From the NCBI GenBank assembly GCA_964016885.1, contig OZ024740.1, positions 273,978,001-274,042,000 of the forward strand: a stretch of DNA of 64,000 nt. The letters are read 5' to 3'. A program made the translations under genes and the position numbers. Under the pieces are notes generated by a model. That model made no database searches, was not told the DNA's origin, and saw nothing but the letters and a program-made list of their open reading frames with translations. This document shows, in pieces, positions 26,675 through 40,655 of the stretch. Origin of the DNA: Eledone cirrhosa. Lineage: Eukaryota. How positions within the stretch are numbered: position 1 is the stretch's first letter; each line of letters begins with the position of its first letter.

Positions 26675-27065
26675 TTAATTGTAAGTTGTGATGTTGCTGT
26701 TCCACTTATATTTTCTATTTAATTTTGGTTGTAATTCTTTTATGCTTACTGCCTCTGTAATTTGCCTAAACATTGCATCTTTTCTGTGTGTGGATTCTAT
26801 TTTTATTTCTATGTTCTCTAATTTACCCTTGTGCTCTATCTTAGCATGTTGGTAGAGCACAGATGATTCTTTATTATCTTGAAGGTCTCGCCAGTGTTCA
26901 TTTATCCGTTCCCCTATACTACGAGCTGTCTCACCTATGTACACCATATTTTTGTTTCTACATTGACCTTCATTACATCTTATGCTATACACTACATTTC
27001 TAGTTTTACAGTTAATATGGAGGCTTATTTTACAGGTTATACATTTCTTATCTATACATGAGGGT
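26675..27065 (-). CDS. PLE GIY-YIG endonuclease domain (inverted copy)
   Basis: Near-identical reverse complement of 27117-27507. Confidence 0.88.
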
Positions 27066-27093
27066 CTTTGGAACGGGTATGTCTTGCTAATAA

Positions 27094-27507
27094 GTGTTTT
27101 TACGGAGGTACCAGGTACCCTCGTGTATAGATAAGAAATGTATAACCTGTAAAATAAGCCTCCATATTAACTGTAAAACTAGAAATGTAGTGTATAGCAT
27201 AAGATGTAATGAAGGTCAATGTAGAAACAAAAATATAGTGTACATAGGTGAGACAGCTCGTAGTATAGGGGAACGGATAAATGAACACTGGCGTGACCTT
27301 CAAGATAACAGAGAATCATCTGTACTCTACCAACATGCTAAGATAGAACACAAGGGTAAATTAGAGAACATAGAAATAAAAATAGAATCCACACACAGAA
27401 AAGATGCAATGTTTAGGCAAATTACTGAGGCAGTAAACATAAAAGAATTACAACCAAAATTAAATAGAAAATATGAGTGGAACAGCAACATCACAACTTA
27501 CAATTAA
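27094..27507 (+). CDS. PLE GIY-YIG endonuclease domain (5'-truncated)
   Basis: CITC..CKTRNVVYSIRC..C..YIGETARSIGERINEH..RQITEAV.I..LNRK.EW. Confidence 0.88.
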   Translation: MFLRRYQVPSCIDKKCITCKISLHINCKTRNVVYSIRCNEGQCRNKNIVYIGETARSIGERINEHWRDLQDNRESSVLYQHAKIEHKGKLENIEIKIESTHRKDAMFRQITEAVNIKELQPKLNRKYEWNSNITTYN

Positions 27508-27711
27508 GGACAAAATGAAAACACACACACACATAGAACAAACAACCAACCAACAACATGTAAATAAATAAACAAATAGATAAATGAACACAAACACACA
27601 CAGACACCCGGATGTGGCGCATGCGCAAACTGAGCACACAACACACACACAGAAACAAAATGGCGTAGGACAGAAGAAAGGAAAGGCACAGAAACAAAGA
27701 AAGGAATCCCC

Positions 27712-27756
27712 AGTCACTGAAGAGGTCACAGAGTGTGTGACGAAAGGACTATGACT
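27712..27756 (+). ncRNA. Minimal type I hammerhead ribozyme
   Basis: AGTCA CTGAAGA G GTCACA-GAGTG-TGTGAC GAAA GGAC TA TGACT. Confidence 0.85.
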
Positions 27757-28038
27757 ATATAGAAACAACTATCTGGTTGTGGAGCCAACCAACCAACCAG
27801 AAATTTATAAGTTTGTAGATTTGTAAATTTATAAATTTATAAATATATAATAAATTGAAGTGAAAGCAACTGGTGCGTGTGTTTCTTATTGGCAACATGA
27901 CCCTCCCAAAGTATAACAATATTTATATTTAATATTAATTTAATATCAATTGAATTCTTACTCCAGAAAACTGTCGAGTGCTTTGAATCAGTTGTAAACA
28001 TCTATATTTGTTGGATTTCCAACAAATTAAATATCTCT

Positions 28039-28140
<102 letters not shown>

Positions 28141-28223
28141 CACTTAATATTTTATATCCCTGATAAACTTCTTATTTTTTCCAGCCCATTCATTTGCATC
28201 ATTTCCTTTAATATATATGATGT

Positions 28224-28262
<39 letters not shown>

Positions 28263-28684
28263 CTTTGAGATACATTATGTATTACACACTTAATATAAGG
28301 TATGTTACATATTTACATATATCAATTTCTTCCTTAAATTTATTAATATTTTGGGGTATTATTTGTGTATAAAATCTGACGCATTGGCAGAATCACTAGA
28401 GTTTCGGAGAAAATACAGAGTATTTATTTGCACTTTTTCTGTTGTCAATTTTAAACCTACTGCGATCCTTCTGCTGTTGAAAATACCACTCAGGTGCTGG
28501 CTCAATCTAATCGACTATCATATTCCCACAATTGTCTGCCTCTATAGTGACATTATTTTGGAAGAATCGAGTTTCATTTCTTTATATATGTATCTATCTA
28601 TCTACCTATCTATCTGTATAAATGAATATATGTATGAATACGTATATATATATACGTGGGTATGTATGTATATATATATGGGTA

Positions 28685-29365
<681 letters not shown>

Positions 29366-29411
29366 ATGTGTGAGTGTGTGAGTGTGTGTGTGTATATATA
29401 TATGTATATAT

Positions 29412-29499
<88 letters not shown>

Positions 29500-29541
29500 T
29501 TGTATATATAAATGTAATGTGAGTATTTTTAATATTAATAA

Positions 29542-30042
29542 CTAGCAGTGGTACTGTACCCGGCGTTGCACGGGATAAGGTATTTTGGAACGCGGGCCGC
29601 CAACAGACCTAATCGTGGAAAAACTGCATGCCTAGACAATATGTAAGGAAAATAAACCGAATACTCTGATGGCTGGATAATCTTTGAGATTTCCCTCGAT
29701 GAAGCAGGAAAAATGTAGGCTTTCACCTAATGCAGGCCGTAGGCGGATCAAGAAAATGAATTTTTTTTATGGGCATAATGTGCCTTGAAATTTCAGAAAA
29801 ATCGGCTAGACGTAATGCCTCAAAACAGCCATAAAAAGCTGAAAAAATGAAGTTTTTCACCTAATGCGGGCTCTAGGGGATCAAAAAGTTGAATGTTTGT
29901 GCATAACGGTCCCTGAAACATAAGTAATACACATGTAAATTTCGAAAAAAATCGGTTGGGTACTTCTCTAGTTTTAGGGATTCAAACTCACAGACACACA
30001 CATACACACACAGACAGACATCCTCAGTTTTATATATATAGA
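29542..30042 (-). mobile_element. Complete non-autonomous Helitron (about 500 bp)
   Basis: 5' A|TCTATATATATAAAACTG; 3' hairpin CCCGTGCAACGCCGGG then CTAG|T. Confidence 0.9.
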
Positions 30043-30161
30043 TAACATTCGATTCGTTTGCAATTATGCAAACAAGCCTTAATTTTATAGCCATGTCAGT
30101 AGAATGAACCCTTTATTCTTGCTCTTGTGTTGGAATGTGAACAGAACTGCAGACACCAATG

Positions 30162-30209
<48 letters not shown>

Positions 30210-30258
30210 GCGCGTGCGTGTGTGTGTGTGTACATATATATATATATACAAGTTTTAA

Positions 30259-30305
<47 letters not shown>

Positions 30306-30554
30306 TGTGTGTGTATATATACAAGTTTTAACGATATATAAACGGATATAAACCGATAATATCAATTGAGAAACTCATTATAAAAATCTGCCTTGTTACT
30401 GAGTACATGTTCAATGTTTAAGAATTTAAAGTGCAGACCAATATTTTTGGGTAAATGAAAGTTGTTGATTTTTTTATATTCTAATGTATATGCTGTATTA
30501 TTTCATTTTAGTTTCTTTATAGAATCGTATTTGTTTATATCAATTGTGTAAAAT

Positions 30555-30740
30555 AATTGTTTCTACTTTCAGCACAAGGCCAGCAATTAGCCAGTACATT
30601 ACTGGTACTTTATTTTATTGACCTCGTAAGGATGAAAGAAAAGTTAACCTCGGCGGGATTTGAACTCAGATCGTAAAGGGACGTAACTATGCTGGAAAGC
30701 ATGGCGTCCGACCCTCTACCGATACTGCCAATCCACCGCC
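30555..30740 (-). mobile_element. OK/OR-like SINE
   Basis: Reverse complement of the 21010-type SINE; near-identical to 42318-42507. Confidence 0.88.
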
Positions 30741-30905
30741 CTTGTGTAAAATAAGGTCAAGTAATGTGAAGTAAATTAAGAATATAAAGTTAAATTATCT
30801 ATATAATTTAAGGAGTTTCTTCTTACCCCTATCAGTTTGTGAGTTGCTCAAGGTAGCCAGAGTGAAATCGTGAGTATAAGAATCGACCTTTGTAATGAGT
30901 AGGTG

Positions 30906-30952
<47 letters not shown>

Positions 30953-31075
30953 GGAGGTGAGTTTTATTGTAGCACAATAAAGCAATACAAATATCGGATA
31001 AGTAGCACTCAATAGTTTATAGGACTGGAGTATAAATAATATAAGATCAAAAGATGGTTAAAAGAGTTCGATGTA

Positions 31076-31142
31076 TTTCATTATGCGCATTTCAAAAACA
31101 AATATCATCATGGGATGATATTTGCGTTCTCATCAGATAAAA
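31076..31142 (-). ncRNA. Type I hammerhead (family E) in inverted pLTR 30950-31290
   Basis: TTTTAT CTGATGA [CAAATATCATC/GATGATATTTG stem] GAAA TGCGCA TA ATGAAA. Confidence 0.85.
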
Positions 31143-31292
31143 TAGGGATACATGATATGAAGCTTAAAAAACACTTGCGAGCAGTGAAGTGTTAAGTCAA
31201 TATATGAAAAATAAAATAAGATGGATATATGAGATTGGGAAAAAAAACGAGGAAGGGGGAAGGAAAAGGTAAGGAAGATTGGTATCTTTATT

Positions 31293-32654
31293 TTGAATTC
31301 TTTAAATCGGAAAATTCCTCAACTTCGCGGTGGAATTTATCGTGACGATGCCCTTTTTACTGTCTTAAACTGTAACTTAGTTAACTTTAATATTATTAAG
31401 AATAATATACTTGATCTATTTAAGCACCATAACCTAAAAATTGAATTAGAAAACAACGTCAAACTAGCTAACTTCCTGGATATATCCCTTAATCTTGACA
31501 CCGGCCTATATTACCCTTACCATAAAGACAATGAGAATCTAAATTATGTTAATTTTAAATCTAACCACCCCATTAACGTTAAAAATGCTATAGTCAGTAA
31601 TGTTGAAAAAAGAATCTCAAATCTATCTTCTAATAAAATTATCTTCGACGCTAAAGCCAATTATTATAATAATGCGCTTTCCAAAGCCGGTTATCCTGAC
31701 AAAATTAAATACAGTAAAGAAACCAATCATCGAGGGACTTATAGTAAAATAGTTAGTTATGAACATTCCAATAACTTAAAGAAAAGACCTAGATACAAAT
31801 ATATGATTTGGTACAACGCTCCTTTTTCTCTATCTATTACTAGTAATATTCCTAAACTATTTTTTAGGGCCTTAGATAAATGCTTCCCTCCCTCGCATAT
31901 CTATAGTAAGATCTTTAAAAAACATACAATCAAATTCTCTTATTCCACCACTTCCAACATCTCTAACATTATCTCTAAACATAATAATAAAATATTAAAT
32001 AATAAATTATATCCATCCAACACTGAGCGTCATAATAATAATAGCAATAGTAAACCCGACGTCAATGTTAATTCTAGGCTAGATTCCGTAAATTTAAATA
32101 CGACGTCAAACGTAACTTTGTCGAATGTTCATAACACCAATCTAAATCAGGAAACTTTAGCAACTATCGTAAATAACTTCTCCAATCCAATTCCTTCTAT
32201 AAATAATACTAGGTCACTTGTTAATAACTCTGGTAATTTCTATAATCGTAATTGTATTTGCCCTTTTAGAACTAAATGTCCTCTTAGTAACCAATGTCTT
32301 GATAAACATTTAGTGTATGAATGTAAGGTTATAACTGGTACTAATTATTTTACCTATTTTGGTTCCACTCACACTTCCTTTAAAGCAAGATTTTATAATC
32401 ACAATTCGTCTTTTAAATACCAACTTAAAAGAACTAAAACGGCACTCTCAGAACTCATATGGTCCTTAAAAGACACAAATATTAACTACAACATTTCTTG
32501 GAGGAAGGTTTGTAACGCCTCTCCTTACCATAATTCTTCTCTATCCAGATGTAATTTCTGCCTAGCCGAGAAATTTACCATTATCTCTAATTTTAATTCT
32601 ATAATAAATAGACGTACGGATATTATTTTCGATCTGCTTGCATATATCCCATAG
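31293..32654 (+). CDS. 5'-truncated PLE (Naiad-like) RT plus GIY-YIG ORF; frameshift near the C-terminus
   Basis: GIYRDD catalytic motif, NFLDISL, SNHP, IWYNAPFS, IKFSYS, CIC..CPL..C, LVYECKV..YFGST, FKARFYNH, CNFCLAEK. Confidence 0.93.
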   Translation: MNSLNRKIPQLRGGIYRDDALFTVLNCNLVNFNIIKNNILDLFKHHNLKIELENNVKLANFLDISLNLDTGLYYPYHKDNENLNYVNFKSNHPINVKNAIVSNVEKRISNLSSNKIIFDAKANYYNNALSKAGYPDKIKYSKETNHRGTYSKIVSYEHSNNLKKRPRYKYMIWYNAPFSLSITSNIPKLFFRALDKCFPPSHIYSKIFKKHTIKFSYSTTSNISNIISKHNNKILNNKLYPSNTERHNNNSNSKPDVNVNSRLDSVNLNTTSNVTLSNVHNTNLNQETLATIVNNFSNPIPSINNTRSLVNNSGNFYNRNCICPFRTKCPLSNQCLDKHLVYECKVITGTNYFTYFGSTHTSFKARFYNHNSSFKYQLKRTKTALSELIWSLKDTNINYNISWRKVCNASPYHNSSLSRCNFCLAEKFTIISNFNSIINRRTDIIFDLLAYIP

Positions 32655-34259
32655 AACTTTCCATAAAGTATACAACTAATATCTTACTACCTAATTGGTT
32701 TAAAATCTTCTTTTCTCAAAGGCTTTTAAACCTTTTACAAATATACCTATCTTTCTACCTTTTTTCAGTATATTATATTATACTATTTACTCATTCTATG
32801 TCGTTAGCGGTCCCCTATTTTTATGCTTTTTTATCCTTTTTTCTTTTCAATTTCTAATCTTTAATCTGTAACGTTTACTTCTCAATTACTTCTTAATTCA
32901 TATTATAACACGCTATAAATATTTAAATATTTGATCCAATGTTGACACAAACGAGGAGATGCCATATTTATATCAGCAATTATTTGTCAGCAGATCTGAG
33001 GTTCCTTGGCATGTATGAGGATTTTAATATCAGATTCAGTATTAGATTTGTTGTTGATAGCGAAAATTAATGCTTTTGAATTTTTAGTTTTGAAGTGATT
33101 GATTAGTAATCAATAATGGGTGAATTTATGATATTTTTTGTTAAAGCTATTAAACTAATTTATAATGGAAATACTATTTTTTTAGAAGGATGAAATAAAA
33201 ACAATATATATATATACATATATACATATATATATATATATGTGTGTGTATGTGTGTGTGTGTGTGTGTGAGTCATATATACAGAGGTTAAACAACACAA
33301 GTAAAGGTATTAAAATATTTAAATATTTAAACTTAACACAAATCGATGGGAAACATGAAAACATTGGAAATTAAGTCAACTTTAATAAAAATAACATTTG
33401 TTAAAAATCAACAATTTATAGAATCTTTCTTAACTGTGTATGTATTTCTCAACATTTTTATATTGCTGTTTTGTATTTAACATTTTTGTTTTCTTGATAT
33501 CTCAATAAAACTTGTTTCAATGTTGTTCTTCTTTTCTTATAGTTTTTTTTTTCAATCGAAACATTTTTGTGTTGATTATTTTGAACTTTACTTTTATAAC
33601 TGCGTCTCACATTTTTCTATGAAGAATAATTATTTTTATAAAAGTAACAACGCTGTAGATATAATGATTTCATTACTATTTGGCACAAGACCAAACATAT
33701 GTTGTAGAATGTGGTATCTATTCAATTAAATCAACTTCATTATTTATGTACATTATGAGACATATGAAAGGCTAATTCGACACAGTAGACTATTTAATTA
33801 GGAATATCAAAGCCTACATTTGATACAGTTTATATTTCTAAAATTCACCAATTAATATTAGATATTATATGCAAAATTTGACAGACACGTGAAATTGCCC
33901 CTCAATCTACGAGCCTATCACTTGACGCGCTCGTGATAAAATTAGAGATAGCTAAACACCCCCATTTCTTCATCTATAGACAATAAATTATTTCCGTTAT
34001 TTTTAGTGAATTTATTTTTTAGATGGGAAAAGTGTTCATTATCATATGAAGAATCGTTTATATTCTTGTGTAGCAAAGGAGCCATAATCTATCACCTCAG
34101 TTATATATCACAACCTGGCCATAGTTGTTTTAGTGAAGTCCAAGACATTGCAAGCCTTCTCAAGAATGAAAAATTATATCTTACCCCAATTCATACTACC
34201 ATGCTTGAGATCTGCAAACGGATCATGTATGCTGTATTTCTTCATTTGATTAAATAATG

Positions 34260-34465
34260 ATTTCTAGTATAGGCACGAGGCCAGTAAGGGGGGGGGGGGG
34301 GGGAGTCGATTAAATGGACCCAAGTATGTTAATGGTGCGTTATTTTATCGACCCCGTAAGGATGAAAGGAAAAGTTAACCTCGACGGGATTTGAACTCAG
34401 ACCGTAAAGGGCCGTAACTATATGCTGCAAAGCAGGGTGTCGGACTCTCTACCGATACTGCCAAT
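34260..34465 (-). mobile_element. OK/OR-like SINE
   Basis: Family body and B-box on the minus strand. Confidence 0.85.
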
Positions 34466-34753
34466 CTCATTTGATTAAATATTAGTAAATAAAAATGCAG
34501 TTTCATCTGCAGATTATAATTCGTTACACACTTAAAGCTAGCTAGTTACGCTATTATACTAACCCACCTTTATAATATTAATATAGTGGATGACAGACAT
34601 GGTAGTGTGCCGTGTAAAAATGATTTGTAGTACTAAGTAATCCCACACGCTTCGAATTTGCGTTCCTCTCCTAATATTGTAAATTGGACAATTCGTGATT
34701 TGTACCAACATAATAAACCAATATCTAAACAACAGAGAAAGGAATGATGAAGG

Positions 34754-34840
34754 GAAGAAGAAGAAGAAGAAGAAGAAGAAAAAGAAGAAGAAGAAGAAGA
34801 AGAAGAAGAAGAAGAAGAAGAAGAAGAAGAAGAAGAAGAA
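34754..34840. repeat. (GAA)n microsatellite
   Basis: Direct observation. Confidence 0.95.
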
Positions 34841-35888
34841 ACTGCATATGATTGAAAAAAGTGAGCGAGAAAATTAGAAAAGAAAAAAAAAACAACTAAC
34901 AACACAAGCTGTAGAAATGAAATATAACTAGTAGAAAGAAGCAAGAACTTGAAGAGCAGAATGAAAAGTAAGAAAATGATGATAGTCATGATGATGACCT
35001 TCATCATTATCATTATGATGATGATTCTTATAAAGTAAAAACAAAACATAGAGGCAGGTTTATGATTAACTTGCTAGAAAAGGGTGGGTGAGAAGATGGA
35101 ATCTTTGTTTTTGCTTGTTTTGTTAAAACCGTCTTTGACTAGCTTCTTTACGTTTTGAAGAATTCTGTCGAAACTGGGAAAGTACCACCTGTGAAATGTT
35201 TGTTAAAGGTTTTCTTCATTAGAAATTCTGTACATGGTATCTTTCTTTTTTACAATATTCATAAGTTTTGTTGTTCTTCAAATTTTTTTTATATTGCTTA
35301 TTTATATGTATATTTATTTGTTGATGTGTAATTATATTTGTTTCTATTTTGATTTGATTGCCAATAATGTAGAGTTGGGGAATTGGAATATGGAAGGGAA
35401 TTGATGGGGAAGAGATAGAGAGTGAGAAAATAAATTTGGGAAAAAGAAAGTGGGCTTAAACGAAAGGAACATATAAAGAGAAAATTTAAATGGAGTAAAG
35501 TAAAAGTAGTAATAACTGAAAGCATACATATCAATGAGAGAAGGAAAAATTAAGAGTCGGGGTTGGATAATCAATTGAAAGGGAGTGCAAATGCAGAATA
35601 GTAAAATAAAAATAATGAAAGGTAAGGGAACAAGAAGGATGGGATGCGCGAGAGATTTGACAGAGCATATTTGGTGAAAAACAGAACTCTACAATTTTGT
35701 ACAAATGTAGTTAAATTCTTTATTGTAATTAGCCCCAAATAAGCATTTCTTTGCCTAAATATGTATGAATTTCGAATATGTCTTCATATCAAGTTGTCAG
35801 CAATTCAAAGGCTGGTTGAAGAAGGAATTGGATGTTTTGTTCATTTGTCCAACGTGTTTCCATTCTATTTTCTTCCTATGCAACTTTG

Positions 35889-35948
<60 letters not shown>

Positions 35949-36050
35949 AATTAGAAACTTTCGCCGTAATTTTTACTGTAGAAAATAGTTTAGTGAAAGG
36001 GCGTATAGCAGTACTCTTGATGTAAACAAATGACAAATGCAATATATATA

Positions 36051-36482
36051 TAATACAAAGGCGATTTGTTAACCCTTCATTACGTTTAATGATTAGTGAT
36101 GCGCGTTTCGAAGACTTTTAAGACCGGATCGTTACCTTGGTCCGGAACATCAAGTTTAGGAAACCTCCACGCAATTCTGACAGAAGTGCATTCCTGTCAG
36201 GACTTGCATCCAAATCAAAACAACATAAACTAACTATCATATGCACAGGAAACGTTAAAAATGTATATGCCTGAGTCGAGCCAGATCGATACAGATAGAA
36301 CCTTGAGCTGATCAATAGCGAAAGGCGCGTTACCAATAAATAAATGTAATGAAGGCTTAACAAATCGTCCTTGTATTATTAGATTACATTCTGTCTATCT
36401 CTACACCTCGCCACTGACGTAAACCTAAACATCAAGTGCTCACCTGGGTGAACCTACAGTAACTTCACGTTACACTCCCTGG
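36051..36482. mobile_element. Fold-back PLE end (family C) with about 105-nt tail
   Basis: TAATACAAAGGCGATTTGTTAA / TTAACAAATCGTCCTTGTATTA arms; HHR 3' halves GAAACGCGCATC (-) and GAAAGGCGCGTT (+). Confidence 0.75.
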
Positions 36483-36520
36483 ATATATATATATATATTT
36501 ATATATATATATATATATAT

Positions 36521-36626
36521 AACGAAGGAAATGTGGTAAGGAACCAGGTGGACCATAACGCACCAAAGTACTCAATACTTGAGGTAGTAGAGTGGGTAAT
36601 AGGAACCAGTAAGACTTACTGGTTCC
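36521..36626. mobile_element. Family A micro fold-back (12-bp arms plus tail)
   Basis: Tail matches 15035-15112; GGAACCAGTAAG-A-CTTACTGGTTCC. Confidence 0.85.
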
Positions 36627-36984
36627 TATATATATATATATATTTCAGTAGCACCACTCCACATAAATTCCTCTATTCAAGAATGACCTGTAGTATCTAT
36701 TTCATACTATTAACCTTCATTGGATATATATCTGACCAGGAATGCTTTGTGTGAAAATCAGTCATATGGAACTATTGTCATCCTGCCTGACATTTTGAAT
36801 TTTACAACACCACCTGCCTCTTTGAGATCAAATACCAACCCTACTAGCATCTACAAACTGACCAATGAGAATGAAGACTATTCCTGCTGACAGCATTAAA
36901 TTATTCCTAACAAGCTCATATGTCCCAAGGCTCTGATACTATCAACACTATAAACACAGAGCTGGCATATCTAAGAACTGACTA

Positions 36985-37040
36985 ACTGCCTGATGAGGTC
37001 ATAGCCATTCAATGGCTATCATCGAAATATATATAGCAGT
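36985..37040 (+). ncRNA. Type I hammerhead in TA-flanked remnant 36645-37081
   Basis: ACTGC CTGATGA GGTC ATAGCCAT-TCA-ATGGCTAT CATC GAAA TATATA TA GCAGT then AATAAA. Confidence 0.85.
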
Positions 37041-37078
37041 AAATAAAGGATTATGAGTTCATGTAATTGACTTATGTT

Positions 37079-37171
<93 letters not shown>

Positions 37172-39293
37172 TTATATATGTATGTAGGTATATGTATAGT
37201 TTCGAAAGCAATACCCATCTGTCTAATGAATATTTTTATCGTGAACCTCCATTACAAACCTAATATATAAAGTTTAACCAGTGTCAAATACCGTTAAGTG
37301 TGTTTTAAAACATAAAAATGACATTATACCAGGCATCTGAATTTCGAGCAACATATCATCTCGAAATGTTACATATATATGTATAATTGAACGTCCTTTG
37401 TTTACTTTGACCTTACTTTGAATGAACCTACATAATCTTCAACATGTTCAAGCCCTTAGGCGTAGGAGTAAAGCTTTGTTTCTTAAACAAATTAAAGAGC
37501 ACCTGCTGTTATTACTGTTTTTGCCTAACATATTGAGCGTCGTGATTGAGACGCAGGACACAGATAGACCATTAGAAACTGATTTTCCTTTCAGCGACAC
37601 CAAAACATTGCTCCGTTTGATGTGTTGGCTAGACCATTAGATCTTTCAATGTGCTACCGCCATATTATCTTTTGCTATTTCTCTTTTGGTAAGACGTTTT
37701 CGGTTCAGTGTAATATATGACTATCGAGGATACAGATCTTTATGACAGATGTATTAAAACGTGATTCAATCAGCTGAGTCAAAGACCAACACACTCATAG
37801 TCATAGTGTCCTGAACTTCTGGTGGAGGAATGGGATACCGTAAGGAATTTAGTTCTGTTGATACCTATCCACCTCCAGAGAGAAAGAAATATGAAAAATA
37901 TCGACCTCTTCATTGAACTTATACCATATTCATCAATCTTGGATAGGTTTAAGTCAACATTGATCGCACCAGGATTCGAATTTAGAGCGCTGAGACTCTG
38001 AACGAATACCCACAAAACATTATATTCAATGGTTTAACGAATTTGATAATTTCTTGCATTGAGACCACAATAATTGAAATGAAGTCTTGAAGACAACATG
38101 CTGCACAATTAATCATAAAGAAATGACTAAAGTTACAAGGATAATCGAATAATTCCTTCGATCATTTACTCATTCATACGTCGTAAGCAAAGTTGATTGC
38201 AGTTAGCCGCCAACGACAGGGACAGCATCCAGGTAGATTTTCTAGATCTGCAACAACTCACTGGCCATTTTACGACTCGACGAGATGAATGCTAACAAGA
38301 ACACATGTTACAAGAACAGTTACAATAGTAGTAACATCATCAAATTATGCTTTGTGTAGAGGATTCTGTATAATCATTTCTAGTGGTATAACTATGCAGG
38401 GAAGAATTATACAGCTGCAAAACTTCAATATTGATGGTAGACGCAATTTATTTTGAAAGATCATTTCATATAAAATCAGATTAATAAATCCTGCTTCTCT
38501 TTATCTGAAGCACGTTCCAATAGATGCGTCTGCTGCTATTTGACACAACTTGAATAAATCGTTTAACAATTTATATGGAAACAAATGAGTTAAAAATTGA
38601 ACGGTGTGTTAAATCATAAGGATGAATTATATTTTAATGGATATAATGGGCATAAATAAGACTGCAATGGTATTGTGATATTAGCATATAATCTACATAA
38701 GAACAATTGTGTAAGTTGCATTGAAATTGTTTTCCTCTTAATCAAAGGTGTAAAATAGAGTGGGGAAGCATCGTGATATGAACCAAATGATTTTGTAACT
38801 ATTGTTGATACAGTTTAGATCTTGATCAAGTCCAATTGAGTAGATCTGTGATTAAAGACGTTACATAAGTGACCATGCTGTCATTTTTTATATCAGTTAC
38901 ACTGATCGATGCGGTCTTATTTTTTTGTATGTAAAATTGATCGTAAAAGGTTAAACGACCACCTAGAGACAATTAGAGAAAAACATTGGAGAAAAGAAGA
39001 TATACTATATTCAATTAACTCCAGAAAGAAGAAAGGGCAAAATCGAGTCCAGCGGGAATTGATTTCAGAACATTAACAGATGCTACTAAAAAAATATGAA
39101 TCAGTTTCTTCTGCACTCTACAAAATATGGTAATCCGCAATCTGTAGGAAATAAATATGTAAATGTTATCAATAACTAAAAACAAATCCGCATCTACCTC
39201 TACTGAATGAACATGGAAAAGGCAAGACGGACATGATAATTTTTCGATAATACCAGAAACATTGATGAAAAGGCAGATTTTACTCTCGTCTGC

Positions 39294-39379
<86 letters not shown>

Positions 39380-39470
39380 TCTGATCATAGAAAGTTAGGT
39401 CGTTTCCAGGTATTATGAGTAAAAAGACAAGTATCATAAATTAATGTATTTATATAGATATAGATATATA

Positions 39471-39777
39471 TAATATGGACGAGGTGTCAAATTTTTATTA
39501 CGTGGGACGCACGTTTCGCGATTTATCAGCTCAAAGATTGATCTGTATCGATGAGCTTTTTATTCTAGACTCGAGCCCGGCCAATACAGATCAAACCTTC
39601 AGCTGATCAATCGCGGAACGCACGTCACACCTCTATAGAAGTAATGAAAATTTGACACCTCACCCATATTATTATTATTATTTTAAACTCTACTTAGAAC
39701 AACCCCTAAGTACGTACTGGAGACTACGGATCACGTGTTCACTTTGGGGAACCTAGAGTAACTTGACGTTAGAATAC

Positions 39778-39780
<3 letters not shown>
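39471..39780. mobile_element. Fold-back PLE end (family C relative) with about 110-nt tail
   Basis: Inverted arms with HHR 3' halves CGCGAAACGTGCGTC (-) / CGCGGAACGCACGTC (+). Confidence 0.75.
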
Positions 39781-39810
<30 letters not shown>

Positions 39811-39812
<2 letters not shown>

Positions 39813-40008
39813 CGAAGGAATTGTGGTAAGGAACCAAATGGACCATAACGCACCAAAATACTCAATACTTAGGGTAGTAGAGTGGGTAATAGGAACAAGT
39901 ATGACCCCGACGGCAGAGCTCAAGCCGTTTCGGCGGCTATTTATGGACTGGGAGTCCAGAAATAGCCGTCGAGACGGCTTGAGCTCTGCCGTCGGGGTCA
40001 TACTTGTT

Positions 40009-40010
<2 letters not shown>
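39811..40010. mobile_element. Family A mini fold-back
   Basis: Tail plus about 57-bp inverted arms turning at TGGACT; TA-flanked. Confidence 0.9.
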
Positions 40011-40084
<74 letters not shown>

Positions 40085-40089
40085 CATAC

Positions 40090-40122
<33 letters not shown>

Positions 40123-40147
40123 CACATATATATATATATATATATAT

Positions 40148-40335
40148 AACGAAGGAAATGTGGTAAGGAACCAGGTGGACCATAACGCACCAAAGTACTC
40201 AATACTTGAGGTAGTAGAGTGGGTAATAGGAACCAGTAAGACCCCGACAGCTGAGCTCAAGCCGTTTCGACGGCTAATTCTGGACTCAATTAGCCGTCGA
40301 AACGGCTTGAGCTTAGCTGTCAGGGTCTTACTGGT

Positions 40336-40338
<3 letters not shown>
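40148..40338. mobile_element. Family A mini fold-back
   Basis: Same structure as 39811-40010. Confidence 0.9.
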
Positions 40339-40387
<49 letters not shown>

Positions 40388-40394
<7 letters not shown>

Positions 40395-40639
40395 TGGTCG
40401 GTTGGTTTGTTCGATATCTGGAAGATTGTTTATATATTGTCAAACGTCTTTCGTCACACATTCTGTGAACTGCTCAGTGATCAGGTTTTTATTTACCGGA
40501 ACTTTATAATAAATTGTAGTGAAAACCAACAGGTGCGTCTGTTTTTGTTGACAGCATGACCCTCCCAAAGTATAACAATATCTGTTTCAAAACACGTTTC
40601 CAGATAATAAACCTCGCAAAACAAATTAAAAAACGAATT
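40388..40639. mobile_element. Family B rearranged end with mutated HHR (40439-40481, -) and tail
   Basis: CTGAGCA..TGTGACGAAAGACGTTTGAC on the minus strand; CATGACCCTCCCAAAGTATAACAAT plus tail on the plus strand. Confidence 0.75.
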
Positions 40640-40655
40640 ATATATATATATATAT

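Larger units (their letters stand above)
26195..27922. mobile_element. Fold-back PLE (family B): about 810-bp inverted arms, each with GIY-YIG and HHR; about 57-nt tail on the left arm
   Basis: Arms 26252-27065 / 27117-27922, 51-bp spacer. Confidence 0.92.

Noticed and set aside
37400-38520. Possible further exons
   Set aside because: Multiple stops in all frames and no consistent splice phases
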